Translations under genes and position numbers: made by a program
Origin: a virus
IMG/VR virus record: IMGVR_UViG_3300022902_000006
Strand: one strand, 5' to 3'
Length of the DNA: 64,000 nt
The notes under the pieces: generated by a model
Seen by the model: the letters and a program-made list of their open reading frames with translations, nothing else
What the model was told of the DNA's origin: nothing
The model's database searches: none
Part shown: one piece after another, positions 45,580 to 55,116 of the stretch
How the letters are laid out: each line of letters starts with the position of its first letter
Numbering within the stretch: position 1 is the stretch's first letter

Positions 45580-47178
45580 ATGGGTTCCAAGCTCCCACCT
45601 GACGCAGACGCAAACGCACAAGCACTTCGCCAACAGCAACGCGTTGCGCGCCCTCTCCCTGAGAAATGTCATGGGATGATCAGCGCCGTAAACCCAGCTC
45701 GCCACTCCTATGAAGTATCCATCAAAGGACGCCGTCCCGCACAGAACGTTCCGCGCATGCAAAGCTCCCCCGCAGCGCAAGACCTTCTCGAAGTAGGTAC
45801 CATGGTGGCGGTGGACTCCACGTACACCGGACAGCCCCTAATCGTAGGCGTGATACCCCAGGCCCAGCTCACTCCCAATACAGGTGTGAGCGTCACCGGC
45901 GTAGATGCTGATGTTGCCGAGGACATTGGTGGTGTTGGATACTACCACGACCCAAACACACCCAGCGACGTCAGGGACGGTGACTACGCCCGTGTCTGCC
46001 CCGATGGGACCGCAGCCATGGTACTCCTCAACGGAGGTATCGCTGCGCTCCAAGGTGGGAGCGCGCGCATCGCCGCACAGCTCATCGATGCTGCGATCGA
46101 CATGAAGTGCCGAAATCTACGTCTCGAAACAGATATGGGCACGCTCGAAATGACCAACAAAGCAGGGAGGACTGGGCTCACTTTCCAAGGTGGGAGCGAC
46201 CACCACAGTGAGTCCAGCCAGGGACAATGGAGCATCGACTACGCTCTCGGTGCTGGGGGCAACGTATCCCGTTTCTCCGTACGGAAAGCAGGGGGCAAGT
46301 GCGTCTACGAATCCCACATCGACCCCGAGGGGAATTGGGCTGTAACGCAACAGGGGGATGTCAACTTCATGGCTGTGGGGCACCTCCTTCAACAAACCCT
46401 GAGCAATCGTGAGCTGCACGTCTCTGGGACAGACCTGCGCAAAATAGAGGGTGCGCAAACCATGCGTGTTTCGTCTGACCGCACACTTCGTGTTGGTAGC
46501 AACACCTCCGACTTTACAGGCAACGACCGCACCGAAGCCACCATGCGCAACAAAGTAGTAAGCGTGGGTGGGTCCATGGAAGACAGCTACGGCGCAGGCG
46601 ACCCCATAAAAGCAACGGATAGTGACGTCGCACGCAAGACAACGATGCACGCCTCTTGGGAAATAAACGTAGGGCGCACAGGGCCTACGGCACTAAAAAA
46701 TAAAGCAGGATTCCATCTCAAAGTTAAAAAGGGAAATGTCTCTCACGAAATAGCTACATCGGGAGACATCAAATACACCACAAAAATGGGCAAGGTGACC
46801 GTCCTCACCAAGAGCGGGACGACCAACATCGACGGCACCAAAGTTCACCTTGGTAATACCAACGTAGCACCAACCAACGCAGTGCTTCGAGGCAACGTCC
46901 ACAATACAGGCGTCGATGCTTTCCTCACGACGCGCATGGCCGCGCGCCCCTCTTACCTGGGCCTCACTCAATCCCTGTCCACCACCATCTCCCCACCACT
47001 CCTAACCTTATTCATGATCCCTGTAGTGGGTCCAATGTTGTTCTTCATAATCGCTGGTCCCGTATGGATCGCGAAGCTCCAAGCAGAGTTCGCATCCGGC
47101 ACCGCAAACCAAGCAGCGGATGTAGCCCTAAAAGCAGCCCTCCGAGGCATGCTCTCCACGAAGATATTTACGGAGTAA
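45580..47178 (+). CDS. baseplate hub/spike protein (gp5/VgrG-like)
   Basis: N-terminal OB-like segment followed by beta-helix-like repeats (e.g. HLKVKKGNVSHEIATSGDIKYTTK). Confidence 0.6.
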   Translation: MGSKLPPDADANAQALRQQQRVARPLPEKCHGMISAVNPARHSYEVSIKGRRPAQNVPRMQSSPAAQDLLEVGTMVAVDSTYTGQPLIVGVIPQAQLTPNTGVSVTGVDADVAEDIGGVGYYHDPNTPSDVRDGDYARVCPDGTAAMVLLNGGIAALQGGSARIAAQLIDAAIDMKCRNLRLETDMGTLEMTNKAGRTGLTFQGGSDHHSESSQGQWSIDYALGAGGNVSRFSVRKAGGKCVYESHIDPEGNWAVTQQGDVNFMAVGHLLQQTLSNRELHVSGTDLRKIEGAQTMRVSSDRTLRVGSNTSDFTGNDRTEATMRNKVVSVGGSMEDSYGAGDPIKATDSDVARKTTMHASWEINVGRTGPTALKNKAGFHLKVKKGNVSHEIATSGDIKYTTKMGKVTVLTKSGTTNIDGTKVHLGNTNVAPTNAVLRGNVHNTGVDAFLTTRMAARPSYLGLTQSLSTTISPPLLTLFMIPVVGPMLFFIIAGPVWIAKLQAEFASGTANQAADVALKAALRGMLSTKIFTE

Positions 47179-47181
47179 ATC

Positions 47182-47424
47182 GTGGCCGACGAACCCACCA
47201 CCAAGCCCCCACCTCCTGACGTATCCGCGCTCCTTGGAAAATTGAAGGTCCAGTTCCCCACACAACTAGAGGGGTACGAGGACACCGTACGCCGAGGTCT
47301 ACAGCATATGGCTGACAACCTGCCTGAAGGGATGGACTTCGACGCCTACGTGGCCCAAGTTGAGGGGATGCTTGCGAATATCCCTGCCCCCACAAAGACA
47401 AACGACCCGGCCACCCGGGGGTGA
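47182..47424 (+). CDS. hypothetical protein
   Basis: GTG start directly after the previous stop. Confidence 0.55.
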   Translation: MADEPTTKPPPPDVSALLGKLKVQFPTQLEGYEDTVRRGLQHMADNLPEGMDFDAYVAQVEGMLANIPAPTKTNDPATRG

Positions 47425-47631
47425 CGAGGTCGTTTGCTGACCCAAACTGCGGCCATGCCTCAAGGGCTTGACCCATCCTCACGCCTCCCGCCCGCGTGGC
47501 GAAGATGGTGTCGTCAGTCCGAAGACTGCGCAGGAGCTGGGTAGTCACTTCCCATCCGAAGACGTTCTGCGACCTTCGCGAGACCAGGCCCAGTAACTCT
47601 GGTTCCTTTATACTCCTACTCTCTCCCACCC

Positions 47632-47660
47632 TTGTCAATACGGAGGCACTCACCTATAAT
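47632..47660 (+). promoter_or_regulatory. sigma70-like promoter TTGTCA-N17-TATAAT
   Basis: CACC before the -10 box. Confidence 0.7.
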
Positions 47661-47712
47661 TCAGTGTGTTTTCAAAAGATAGATAGCCACGCCACAGCGC
47701 TGGAGGAGATTT

Positions 47713-48555
47713 ATGTTCACCCTACGCATCGTCAATGTCGGTGAAACCGATATCACGCTCCAAGACCCCTCCGGGATCACGAGCTTCTCGTGCACCATCG
47801 CCAAGGGCGCGACCGTCGACAAGGACGTCTCCCAGGACCTGCTGGAGAGGCTCGCACCCCTGCTCAAGAAGTGGGAAGGTGAGACGCGTGACGCCACCAC
47901 CAAGAAGGTCATCGCCGGTCTCCGCTGGTCCCTGCTGAAGGGTGACGACATCGACATCCGCATGCTGAACGAGGGTGTCGTGGGCCAGCCCGTGCTGACC
48001 CTCTTTCCCGCCGCCAGCTACAGCACCGGCACCGGCGCCGCAACCGTCGCCTGCGTGGGCACCGGCCTGCTCGGCGGGCAGACGAAGGCCACCGCACAAC
48101 TCCTCAGCGGCACCGCGCGCCTGGACCTGGAGGCCGTCATCCCAGGGAGCCCAAGCAACGCCTACTCCTGTGAGATCGTCATCAGCGGCTCTTCGGCCAT
48201 CGACGTGGCAGTCGCCAACGGCAAGATCACCATCACCGTGAAGACCGCCGGGGAAACCGTCGCCGACATCTTTGCCGCCGTCAACGCCGACACCGACGCC
48301 AAGCTGCTCGTGAAGGCCAGCGAAGGCGTGGCGGGCACCGTCACCGCCGCTGTGGCGGAGACAAACCTGGAAGACGGCGAAGGCCCCGGCGCCTCCCTGT
48401 CCCTGGGTGGCACCGCGTGCAGCATCCTGGCCGTCACCGCCACCGCCCTGACCTGCGCACTGCCAACCGGCGTCGGCGCCAACGGCAACATCGTTCCGCT
48501 GACCTACAAGTGCGGCCCCACCACCACCCAGCTCTCCATCCCCGTCGTCACGTAA
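47713..48555 (+). CDS. abundant structural protein with Ig/TIG-like C-terminus (putative)
   Basis: GGAGG RBS, strong GC3 bias, beta-rich Thr/Ala/Gly composition. Confidence 0.65.
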   Translation: MFTLRIVNVGETDITLQDPSGITSFSCTIAKGATVDKDVSQDLLERLAPLLKKWEGETRDATTKKVIAGLRWSLLKGDDIDIRMLNEGVVGQPVLTLFPAASYSTGTGAATVACVGTGLLGGQTKATAQLLSGTARLDLEAVIPGSPSNAYSCEIVISGSSAIDVAVANGKITITVKTAGETVADIFAAVNADTDAKLLVKASEGVAGTVTAAVAETNLEDGEGPGASLSLGGTACSILAVTATALTCALPTGVGANGNIVPLTYKCGPTTTQLSIPVVT

Positions 48556-48630
48556 ACGTCGGAGCTAAAAAGCTGGGGCACGTCCCCATACCTCAGCCTC
48601 CCCCAGGCCACCCAAGCGCATCTTGCGCCA

Positions 48631-49116
48631 TCACCCCCTGTAGCTCTGCATTATTAGCCATTTCTTGCCTTCGCATTCTGCGCAGCGATGTATGGGGTCC
48701 ACTTCCTGAACTTGGGGAGGTGTAGTGGGGGCTTGATCAATGTTTTGAAAAGCTGTTTTGGTTTGGATGACGCCGCTTGTGACTGCCGTAGGTTTCAAAC
48801 CGGAGCCGTTGCACACTGAACACACGACACGAACTAAAGAACCATCGCGCAACTTCAGCGACACCTCCAGATTCTCCGTCTCGCGCTTCAAGAACGCGAG
48901 CGTATCCTGTGCGTGTCTCTTCGCCGTCGTACACTCCACGACGTAACCCTCCCACTCCTCCACTGCCTGTTCCAACACGACGCGCCGCGCCTCTACGTCC
49001 TTGGGCAGCATGACATGCGCCAAACTGTGAACTGGAACATGGCGAACCGGGATGTCTATCTCAGTAACTTTCATAACCACCATCATTGATAAAGAAGACG
49101 CAGCCGTCAAGGCCAT
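48631..49116 (-). CDS. hypothetical protein with DnaJ-type CxxCxGxG zinc motifs
   Basis: CSVCNGSG and CAECEGKK; start uncertain. Confidence 0.6.
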   Translation of the reverse strand: MALTAASSLSMMVVMKVTEIDIPVRHVPVHSLAHVMLPKDVEARRVVLEQAVEEWEGYVVECTTAKRHAQDTLAFLKRETENLEVSLKLRDGSLVRVVCSVCNGSGLKPTAVTSGVIQTKTAFQNIDQAPTTPPQVQEVDPIHRCAECEGKKWLIMQSYRG

Positions 49117-49169
49117 GTGTGCGTGGTGAGCGCACGCGTCTTCAGTGGAGCTGGATTGTGTACTGTTTA

Positions 49170-49901
49170 CTACGCCGACTGCACTTTGATGATGTCCCCC
49201 AACGGAATCCGGTGGAGCACGGAATCAATGAGGTGCCCTCCCATCATCTGATGTTCAATGAGGGACAACATCGCGCTCCCCACGGACTTCACGTCCCCTG
49301 TCAAGACGCCCGCCACGCGGTGCATCTCAGGATTATCGTGCCCATCCAAGATGGGATCGCCGTTGCCGTCTAGCTGCTCCGTCTCGTGCCAACGCGTAAC
49401 GTGCAGCGTAGTGCCGACGAACTTATGGAGGAACTCCATCGCGTCCTTCTCGCGCTCACGAAGGTCCCGATCATCCACACGCCAGGTCTCGGCCCGGTCG
49501 CGGTCTTCCGTACGTTGTGCAGCACGGAGGTCCAAGTCCTGCTTACGCTGCTCTGCCGCGAGGGCCTTGTCCTCACCACGCTGCCGGGTACGCAATTTGA
49601 GGTCTTCAACGCGCTCACGCCTCTGGCGCAGCACATCTTCCGCTCGCTGTGCAGCACGCAAGCCCATATCCTCATTACGCTGGACATCCTTCTTCGCCGC
49701 TTCGAACGACGCGAAAAAGGAACCGCCTTCAACGTACTCCTTGGGGGGAGCATCGGCGTGGCCTTTCAACCACGCAACAGTAGCCAATCCAACCCCACCG
49801 AGCACCAAGGTTATCCCGAGTGACACAGGGCACCTCCACGGTAAGGGTTTCCTCCTACGTATGCAGGAAGATTGGTGATATGAGTGCGTTTCCACACTCA
49901 T
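49170..49901 (-). CDS. hypothetical membrane-anchored coiled-coil protein
   Basis: One TM segment, charged AxQRxED repeats; start uncertain. Confidence 0.55.
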   Translation of the reverse strand: MSVETHSYHQSSCIRRRKPLPWRCPVSLGITLVLGGVGLATVAWLKGHADAPPKEYVEGGSFFASFEAAKKDVQRNEDMGLRAAQRAEDVLRQRRERVEDLKLRTRQRGEDKALAAEQRKQDLDLRAAQRTEDRDRAETWRVDDRDLREREKDAMEFLHKFVGTTLHVTRWHETEQLDGNGDPILDGHDNPEMHRVAGVLTGDVKSVGSAMLSLIEHQMMGGHLIDSVLHRIPLGDIIKVQSA

Positions 49902-49937
49902 TTTCTTATACCAGGCATACTGGTATACTTTTGACCT

Positions 49938-50138
49938 ATGCCTACCTGGACCAAAGTCAGCAGCGATAGCACCCCCGTCCGTCTCGCCAATTTGGTAGGG
50001 CGACTCCAACGCGTCCTACTCGCACAGAAGATATCGCGTGTCGATCAAATACTCGAAATGCACCCGCTGGATGCTGACACCCACACTGCGGTCAAGGCGC
50101 ACCTCGCGGACCTCAAACAGCGGCTTCAAGGTATATAA
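49938..50138 (+). CDS. hypothetical protein
   Basis: Abuts the next gene. Confidence 0.5.
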   Translation: MPTWTKVSSDSTPVRLANLVGRLQRVLLAQKISRVDQILEMHPLDADTHTAVKAHLADLKQRLQGI

Positions 50139-51938
50139 ATGGCCACCCCTCCTGACGCGCTAACCACCACTGTAACGGACGAGGAAAACAACGACCTCCT
50201 CCAAGATTGGCAGTCTGTCAACATATCAGTCTCCGGTCTTGAGCCCGCCCTCACCGGCCTCCAGAAGATAATCGCTGCCAAGAAACAGATCCTGGTTCTC
50301 ACAAAGACGATGCTCCAGATTGTGTCTGCCGTCACCTCGAACGCCATAGACACTGCGTCGAATATCATGTTGCAAGCCATTACAGGCGTCGAAAAAACTC
50401 TCGATACTTTCACAGGGTCCGATATCAAGGTACACGTCCTTGCCGTACCTCCGCACCGACGTGAAGCCCCTGCAGCACCCCGCACATTCTCCGCCCCCAC
50501 CGACGTGGGTTCCTGGAGCCTGGACTCCGAGATCTCTGAAGAAACGAAAAAAGGGCTCCGTGATTTTATGGCCAAAGCACAAGCCTGGGATGGGGGCAAC
50601 CCCGGCTACGTGCAAACCGTACTAGAGACCCTGTCCGATATTTACGACGTAAATCGCCCCACGTACGACGCCAATTCCGCAATCGCGTCCTTGGTTCTCG
50701 TAGGGGGTGCCGACTCATTAGCAGGAATCCGCGACATCATGCGGTTTCTTAACGGACTATTCGGCGCCACCCTCCGTGGCAACATGTACGTCAACGGAGA
50801 AGTGGGGCCTCAAAGCCTGACCGCAACACCTATCGCTGCTCTTGAATCTGCCTCGTCAAAACCCTCCCCCATCGGCATCCGACTGGATTGGCGCAACCCC
50901 ACCATCGTCAGCACCAGCACAGGGCGCGTGCGTATAGACGAAATAGCCGTTATCCAATCCACAGACCCGGAAGTAATGCGTTCCGAAACATGGGGCGACC
51001 TATTCGGAACCAGTGACCCAACCGCACTCAAAAAAGGAGAAAACTCCCTTACCTCCAGTCTCCCAAAATCGGCTAACGCCAAAACAGAGGTAATCGAAGT
51101 TTTTCGCTACAACCCCGTAACTTCCTCATACGTGGTGCCCCGCACATACGAAAAAGGAAAAACGTACTACTTCATGTTGGCCTTCCGTACCGCCACTGGG
51201 ACTGTGAATAGTGCCGGAAAGGTAATATGGACACAGCACTCCTTCTCTGACACCAACCTCCTGAGTGGCTTCACACGTGTACGTATCCCCGACACACGCA
51301 TTCCGTCCGGCGCCGCCCCCGCACCTAATTGGTACACCCACCCGGGGGTACTGGAATTGGTTCCAAGCCTGTACCAACTCATCATCATCATCAAAAACTT
51401 TCTCGGCACACTCAAGAATCAAACCACAGGGAGCGCCGACCTCCTCAAGGACTACCTCGCGTACCTGGAAGACGAGGTCACCCGCTATGGTGACTACGGT
51501 ACGCAGATGACTGATGCACTAAACAACCTGTCCAGCATTCTGAAACCACCTTCTGCTGGCCTGTACGCTACGTTCATCATGTTGGAAGAAGGTGGCATGG
51601 ACGCATTCATCGCCGAGCTAGTCGGACGCATGAGTAATGAAAGTGACCCCCTAGCACCACCGTTCCACAAAGGGGGTTTTGTATGCGGTGCTGTGCTCCT
51701 GGCTGGTGCCCCAAACCCGGCGTCACTGGAGTCATTTCAGACCATGGTGGAACTGATCACCGGCGTGGAAGCGCAGGCCACAACTGCCTACGAATCCGCC
51801 GTCAACTCCATCGATACGGAACTGGCTACTCTGGAAGCCACCACCTTCACTACAGACCCGGGAGAAGCCACCTTCAACGACGCAGGCGAACCCGTCGATC
51901 CTTCGAGTGCAGAGGCCAACGTACCCCACGACCCTTGA
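50139..51938 (+). CDS. hypothetical (possibly baseplate-associated) protein
   Basis: 599-aa ORF; function not recognised. Confidence 0.6.
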   Translation: MATPPDALTTTVTDEENNDLLQDWQSVNISVSGLEPALTGLQKIIAAKKQILVLTKTMLQIVSAVTSNAIDTASNIMLQAITGVEKTLDTFTGSDIKVHVLAVPPHRREAPAAPRTFSAPTDVGSWSLDSEISEETKKGLRDFMAKAQAWDGGNPGYVQTVLETLSDIYDVNRPTYDANSAIASLVLVGGADSLAGIRDIMRFLNGLFGATLRGNMYVNGEVGPQSLTATPIAALESASSKPSPIGIRLDWRNPTIVSTSTGRVRIDEIAVIQSTDPEVMRSETWGDLFGTSDPTALKKGENSLTSSLPKSANAKTEVIEVFRYNPVTSSYVVPRTYEKGKTYYFMLAFRTATGTVNSAGKVIWTQHSFSDTNLLSGFTRVRIPDTRIPSGAAPAPNWYTHPGVLELVPSLYQLIIIIKNFLGTLKNQTTGSADLLKDYLAYLEDEVTRYGDYGTQMTDALNNLSSILKPPSAGLYATFIMLEEGGMDAFIAELVGRMSNESDPLAPPFHKGGFVCGAVLLAGAPNPASLESFQTMVELITGVEAQATTAYESAVNSIDTELATLEATTFTTDPGEATFNDAGEPVDPSSAEANVPHDP

Positions 51939-51967
51939 TTGTATCCCCAGTGCTAATCGCCTATAAT
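51939..51967 (+). promoter_or_regulatory. sigma70-like promoter TTGTAT-N17-TATAAT
   Basis: CGCC before the -10 box. Confidence 0.65.
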
Positions 51968-51986
51968 TGCAGCAGGAAATTACCAC

Positions 51987-52295
51987 ATGGCATACGAAAA
52001 TCCATACAGCCCTCACGTCCCGCGCCCCAGTGTGGACACCGACGTGTTATCCCAACTCCCGGAATCTGCGAAGTATTACCCCGGTGGGAAGGCATTCTCT
52101 TCTGGAGCATCCGACAACGCCCTCTACGGTACCGTCGCCCTGGGTATGAGTCCTTTACTACTCCCTTTTCTGGTCATGGCGGGCAAGAAGGGTCTGCGCC
52201 GCTTCCGCAAAACGTCCTCCGCGCCCCCGACTCGCCGAGCCTCCACCGTCGCCGCTGCCCTCGGCCTCATCTCACGATGCCCCTCTTCCAAGTAA
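51987..52295 (+). CDS. hypothetical protein
   Basis: AGGA RBS after the promoter. Confidence 0.6.
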   Translation: MAYENPYSPHVPRPSVDTDVLSQLPESAKYYPGGKAFSSGASDNALYGTVALGMSPLLLPFLVMAGKKGLRRFRKTSSAPPTRRASTVAAALGLISRCPSSK

Positions 52296-52885
52296 CAGAT
52301 GCACGCCTACGCGTCGAACACGCGAAGTGGCACAATGTGTTCAACCGCTACCGTGGCCCTATCCCATTGGGGTTGTGCTTCACGTGCATGATCGCAGACA
52401 CCAACGGAAACGCAGCCACCCCCAGAGCACCACGCCTCGAAGGCATCATGGGTATACACCTTCGAGAAGGTCTCAGCATCGGCCTCACGCGTGAAGACTT
52501 CGTGAAAGACACCAACAACATCTACGCCTGGTGCACGTACGTCAACGCACTCGCCGATGCGGTGCACACCGCGTACCCAAAAAGGTGGTTACGCGCAGAC
52601 TACGACTTCTGGAGCGCCGTACGTCTCTACCAACTGCTGGGCGCGCTACACTTCGCCAACTTCCCAAAAAAAGCAACCATCGAAGCCATCGAACAGATGC
52701 TGGCTACGAACCCCACCATCGCAGTGTCCCACGTCGTGATCAACAGACAACTCATGGCGCACACAAAACGAGTGCGCACAGCGTGTAAACTACTCGACGG
52801 CGCGGACAAAAAAGGATCCGTTTTCTCAACCCGGCCAAATACACTCCCTGGCAACGGATTGCAGCGCTTGGAGGCCACAGCATGA
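52277..52885 (+). CDS. divergent lytic transglycosylase (SLT-like)
   Basis: MIADTNGN (for I..ES.GN), GIMGI (for GLMQ), NIY, AVRLYQLG-like pattern; catalytic Glu replaced by Asp. Confidence 0.45.
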   Translation: MPLFQVTDARLRVEHAKWHNVFNRYRGPIPLGLCFTCMIADTNGNAATPRAPRLEGIMGIHLREGLSIGLTREDFVKDTNNIYAWCTYVNALADAVHTAYPKRWLRADYDFWSAVRLYQLLGALHFANFPKKATIEAIEQMLATNPTIAVSHVVINRQLMAHTKRVRTACKLLDGADKKGSVFSTRPNTLPGNGLQRLEATA

Positions 52886-53676
52886 ACACGGAGAAAACAG
52901 AAACGGAGGAACTGGCACAGGTAGTACAACGCCTGCTGCCTCCAAAATTCCGCCCTGCAGCAAAAGCAAGTCGTCTGCTCGAAAATATAACAGACCCGGA
53001 GCCCACCATGACGCCAACAATCCAAGGTAAGACCGCTGCACTGGTCCTCCTCAAAATCGCAGCCCCCGCCCCGGGACCCTACCAGGACCCCAGCGCCAGC
53101 ACCGACGCAGGCGACATCACCTCCACGCTCCTTGGGGGCATTCCTGTACTTGGCCCCGCAGCCGCAGGTCTCGCCAGCGGGTACATGACTCCACGAAACA
53201 ACACCAGCGTCGGGGCCATGACCACCGCAGGTAGTGCCTTCGGGCAGGCCGCTGGTGGCATGGGTGGCGCGGCCATCGGTGCGGGCCTGGGAGCTGGTGG
53301 TCTGGCCCTGGCCAAACGCCTGGGCTTCGACCCCGGCATCAGCACGGGTGACGCAGCCGCGATCGGTGGCCTCCTGGGTGGTGGCCTCGGCATGATCGGC
53401 GGTGGAAGCTACGGTGCCAGCCGAGGGCGCGACGCTACCGAGAGCGCGGCCATGAAAAGCGAGATTCGTGGCATTGTCCAAGAACAGCTCGCCCAGGCGC
53501 GTGAACAGCGTCGTGCCGCGCAGCAACAACGGGCAATCATCGACTCTCGCCGCCAGGGTGCCCAGATTGGTGCCCAGCGTGGGATGCAGCTCTACGCCCG
53601 GAAGCTCCATGAAGCAATGCGTCAGCGTCAGCAACAGCGTCAGCAACCACAGCAGCAGCCCCAATACTTCCAGTAG
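52882..53676 (+). CDS. glycine-zipper protein with Gln-rich coiled coil
   Basis: LLKIA; extended GxxxG repeats. Confidence 0.65.
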   Translation: MNTEKTETEELAQVVQRLLPPKFRPAAKASRLLENITDPEPTMTPTIQGKTAALVLLKIAAPAPGPYQDPSASTDAGDITSTLLGGIPVLGPAAAGLASGYMTPRNNTSVGAMTTAGSAFGQAAGGMGGAAIGAGLGAGGLALAKRLGFDPGISTGDAAAIGGLLGGGLGMIGGGSYGASRGRDATESAAMKSEIRGIVQEQLAQAREQRRAAQQQRAIIDSRRQGAQIGAQRGMQLYARKLHEAMRQRQQQRQQPQQQPQYFQ

Positions 53677-53685
53677 GAGAGGCAG

Positions 53686-54054
53686 ATGGCCCGTGAACTC
53701 AAAGTAACCGCCACCGTCGAATGGCCCATGGTCGCAGGTCAGCAGGCCATGAAGATCCCCCTCGCCGTCGCGTTGACGTACGAAGAGGCCGTCGCCATCG
53801 AGAACAAGTACGCCAGTCCAGTTACGGATGAGGCCGTCACGCTCCCCATGACCACTGCCAAGTTCCTTCTCGTACAGTGCACAGGGGAAAACGCCTCCAT
53901 CAAGATCAACGGCGGTGGTGCCATCCCCATCACGAAAACCGTGGGCACCACTGGGGGCTTCGCAATGGTCTGGAGCAACGACGGCGCAATCACAGCCTTG
54001 TCTGTCACGCTCGCCGCTGCACCCGCCACCGTCACCATTCTCGCGTTCGCGTAG
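53686..54054 (+). CDS. hypothetical beta-rich structural protein
   Basis: AGGAGAGG RBS. Confidence 0.65.
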   Translation: MARELKVTATVEWPMVAGQQAMKIPLAVALTYEEAVAIENKYASPVTDEAVTLPMTTAKFLLVQCTGENASIKINGGGAIPITKTVGTTGGFAMVWSNDGAITALSVTLAAAPATVTILAFA

Positions 54055-54065
54055 GGAGAACCACC

Positions 54066-54869
54066 ATGGATAAAATCGCCATCCGTCAGTTCGCACAAAA
54101 CCTACTGCGCCGCACGCAGGGGGCGAAGGGGCACATACCCGGTGCAAACCAGCTCAACCTCGCCGCGAGCCCCCAGAACGCCGCAGCCGGGGGTGGTCTC
54201 CTGGGTGGGGCCGCAGGCGCAGCCAGCGGGGACGACTACTCCCTGTCCCGCATCCTCGGAGGCGCAGCAGCGGGCGCGGGTCTGGGATACGGCGGTGCCA
54301 AGGGGTTGAAACACCTGACGGGCCAGCGACACGGGTCGCGCCTACTGGGACCGGGGGTCGGAGTTCCACGACAACCACCCCCTTCCTCTGGTGCGCCCAT
54401 CATCACACCTTCACCCGCAGGAGCGGCAGGGGGGACTGCGGCAACCCCCGCGCGCCAAGCAGGCCAAGAAGCGGCGCGGAAGCAACTCGCGCTGCCTCAA
54501 CACGCAGGACAGACCCAGCAGGGTGCTGTCGAGCTGGAAGCAGGTCTCCCGTCGCTGGCCGAACGCGCTGCGCCACGCGTCGCACCCCCATCCAGCGGAC
54601 GCCCCATCGAGCTGGGCCAAACCGCAGGCAAGTCTGAGGGCATGGGCGCGGCTGCGAAAAGCTGGATGAACACCCCCGAGGGGAAGAACCAAATGTTCAA
54701 CGACCTCCGCCGTAAGATACAAGCTGGTAAGCCGCTCAGTTCACAAGAGCAGGGTCTCGCCCGGCAACTCGGGGTTCCCCCCCAGAACCTCCCCGGCCCT
54801 GGACTCGGACGCATCCCCACTCCACAGCAAGCCCCCACTCCACCAATCTACGGCCCATTCGGCATGTAA
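54066..54869 (+). CDS. glycine-zipper protein with Pro-rich tail
   Basis: MDKIA start; GGGLLGGAAGAASG..GGAAAGAGLGYGG. Confidence 0.65.
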   Translation: MDKIAIRQFAQNLLRRTQGAKGHIPGANQLNLAASPQNAAAGGGLLGGAAGAASGDDYSLSRILGGAAAGAGLGYGGAKGLKHLTGQRHGSRLLGPGVGVPRQPPPSSGAPIITPSPAGAAGGTAATPARQAGQEAARKQLALPQHAGQTQQGAVELEAGLPSLAERAAPRVAPPSSGRPIELGQTAGKSEGMGAAAKSWMNTPEGKNQMFNDLRRKIQAGKPLSSQEQGLARQLGVPPQNLPGPGLGRIPTPQQAPTPPIYGPFGM

Positions 54870-54870
54870 G

Positions 54871-55116
54871 GTGCGAAAGCTCGGGCAAATACACGCACTT
54901 GCGTCGCTAGGTTACGGCGTAAAGCACGCAAGTGCGATGATACCCGTCCAGGGATCCAGGGACCCATACAGCGACGTGCAGCGTAAGTTGACCGACGCCT
55001 TCTCTGTTAAGATGCCGAAGTTCGACATCTCCGAATCCCTCTCTCGCATGTTGGGTAACCCATTCAAGCAACCCCAGGATCAAATTGCGGGGAAGATAAC
55101 GCCAGTGAGGATGTGA
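54871..55116 (+). CDS. small protein with shared leader
   Basis: KLGQIHALASLGYGVKHAS. Confidence 0.6.
   Translation: MRKLGQIHALASLGYGVKHASAMIPVQGSRDPYSDVQRKLTDAFSVKMPKFDISESLSRMLGNPFKQPQDQIAGKITPVRM

Noticed and set aside
47168-47653. Minus-strand 161-aa ORF
   Set aside because: It overlaps the spike end and 47182..47424 and has no recognisable motif; a shorter real gene at 47425-47600 cannot be excluded.
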